This document shows, piece by piece, positions 63,463 through 64,000 of a stretch of DNA of 64,000 nt. The DNA is from an uncultured delta proteobacterium (lineage in GTDB: Bacteria > Desulfobacterota > Desulfobacteria > Desulfobacterales > SG8-13). Numbering within the stretch: position 1 is the stretch's first letter; each line of letters opens with the position of its first letter. The notes under the pieces were generated by a model. That model searched no databases and was not told the DNA's origin. It worked only from the letters and a program-made list of their open reading frames with translations. The DNA lies in the NCBI GenBank assembly GCA_963848135.1, contig CAWKCK010000004.1:186001-250000 (forward strand), given 5' to 3'. A program made the position numbers and the translations under genes.

Positions 63463-63774
63463 TCACAGGAGGTCTTTGCGCATAATTCTGCTTTTAGGGT
63501 CTCTGTATAACTCCACTCCGAAACCTACTTTGTTTTTCCATACGATTTGACCCTTGCGCTTTTCTTTTCCATTGTTTGAGTAGGGAAGCGCCACCGTAAT
63601 GATATCACCGACGGCCAAGCGGGCAGCTGATTTGATGTAAATGCCATGCTGACTGAAATCCCTGAGTTCTCCCTGGTAGAATTGCTTGGGGGTGGCAAAA
63701 AACACGTAACGAACATAGGCATGCCGTTCATTTTGGCGTCTGTCGATATTGGTATTGTTCTGGGCTGCATGCAT
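63463..63774 (-). CDS. PilZ-domain protein
   Basis: RRQNER, DFSQHG, GFGVEL. Confidence 0.85.
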   Translation of the reverse strand: MHAAQNNTNIDRRQNERHAYVRYVFFATPKQFYQGELRDFSQHGIYIKSAARLAVGDIITVALPYSNNGKEKRKGQIVWKNKVGFGVELYRDPKSRIMRKDLL

Positions 63775-64000
63775 GGCGTGATTTTCCTTATTTGCGAGTC
63801 AGTTCCACATGATTTTATGCGATGGGCCGTTTGCCAATGCTGGGCGATGCCTAAATGAAAAGCAATAATTATGCCTGATATAATAATTATAAAAACACTA
63901 AAATAACAGCTATATGCAAGGCCATCGCGGATGGGATACCAAATGTTTGTGAACTGTTTTTCACAGAATCTGGTAATCAATTCGCTTGTCGTAATATGGT

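Overview
This window is an accessory exopolysaccharide/exosortase (PEP-CTERM-type) locus, probably from a Desulfobacterales-like deltaproteobacterium (inferred from gene content). It carries a Wzy-like gene, a Wzx flippase, three sulfotransferases, a GH5 hydrolase, GT2/GT4 transferases, an exosortase-EpsI fusion, a WecA-like transferase, a TPR lipoprotein, Wza, an outer-membrane barrel, a split Wzc and an ExeA-like ATPase. Two dense arrays of type II toxin-antitoxin modules (0.1-7.5 kb and 28.5-33.9 kb) sit among IS5, IS110 and IS3 elements and many small repeat/MITE families. The right end holds a signal-peptide Rhs toxin and ordinary regulatory genes. The top observation is a ~280-bp element with short terminal inverted repeats that encodes only an 84-aa GIY-YIG nuclease. 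It is caught twice inserted inside other genes (an IS5 transposase and a four-helix-bundle gene), and 35-55-bp non-coding derivatives share its ends, which suggests a minimal nuclease-only mobile element family. Other findings: an IS110 whose target, circle-junction promoter and bridge-RNA guides can be read directly; repeated inactivation of toxins but not antitoxins; periodic-repeat arms that bracket genes and are even translated in-frame; and a GTCCCC boundary motif in front of unrelated genes. All alignments were done by eye, and some frameshifts may be assembly errors.
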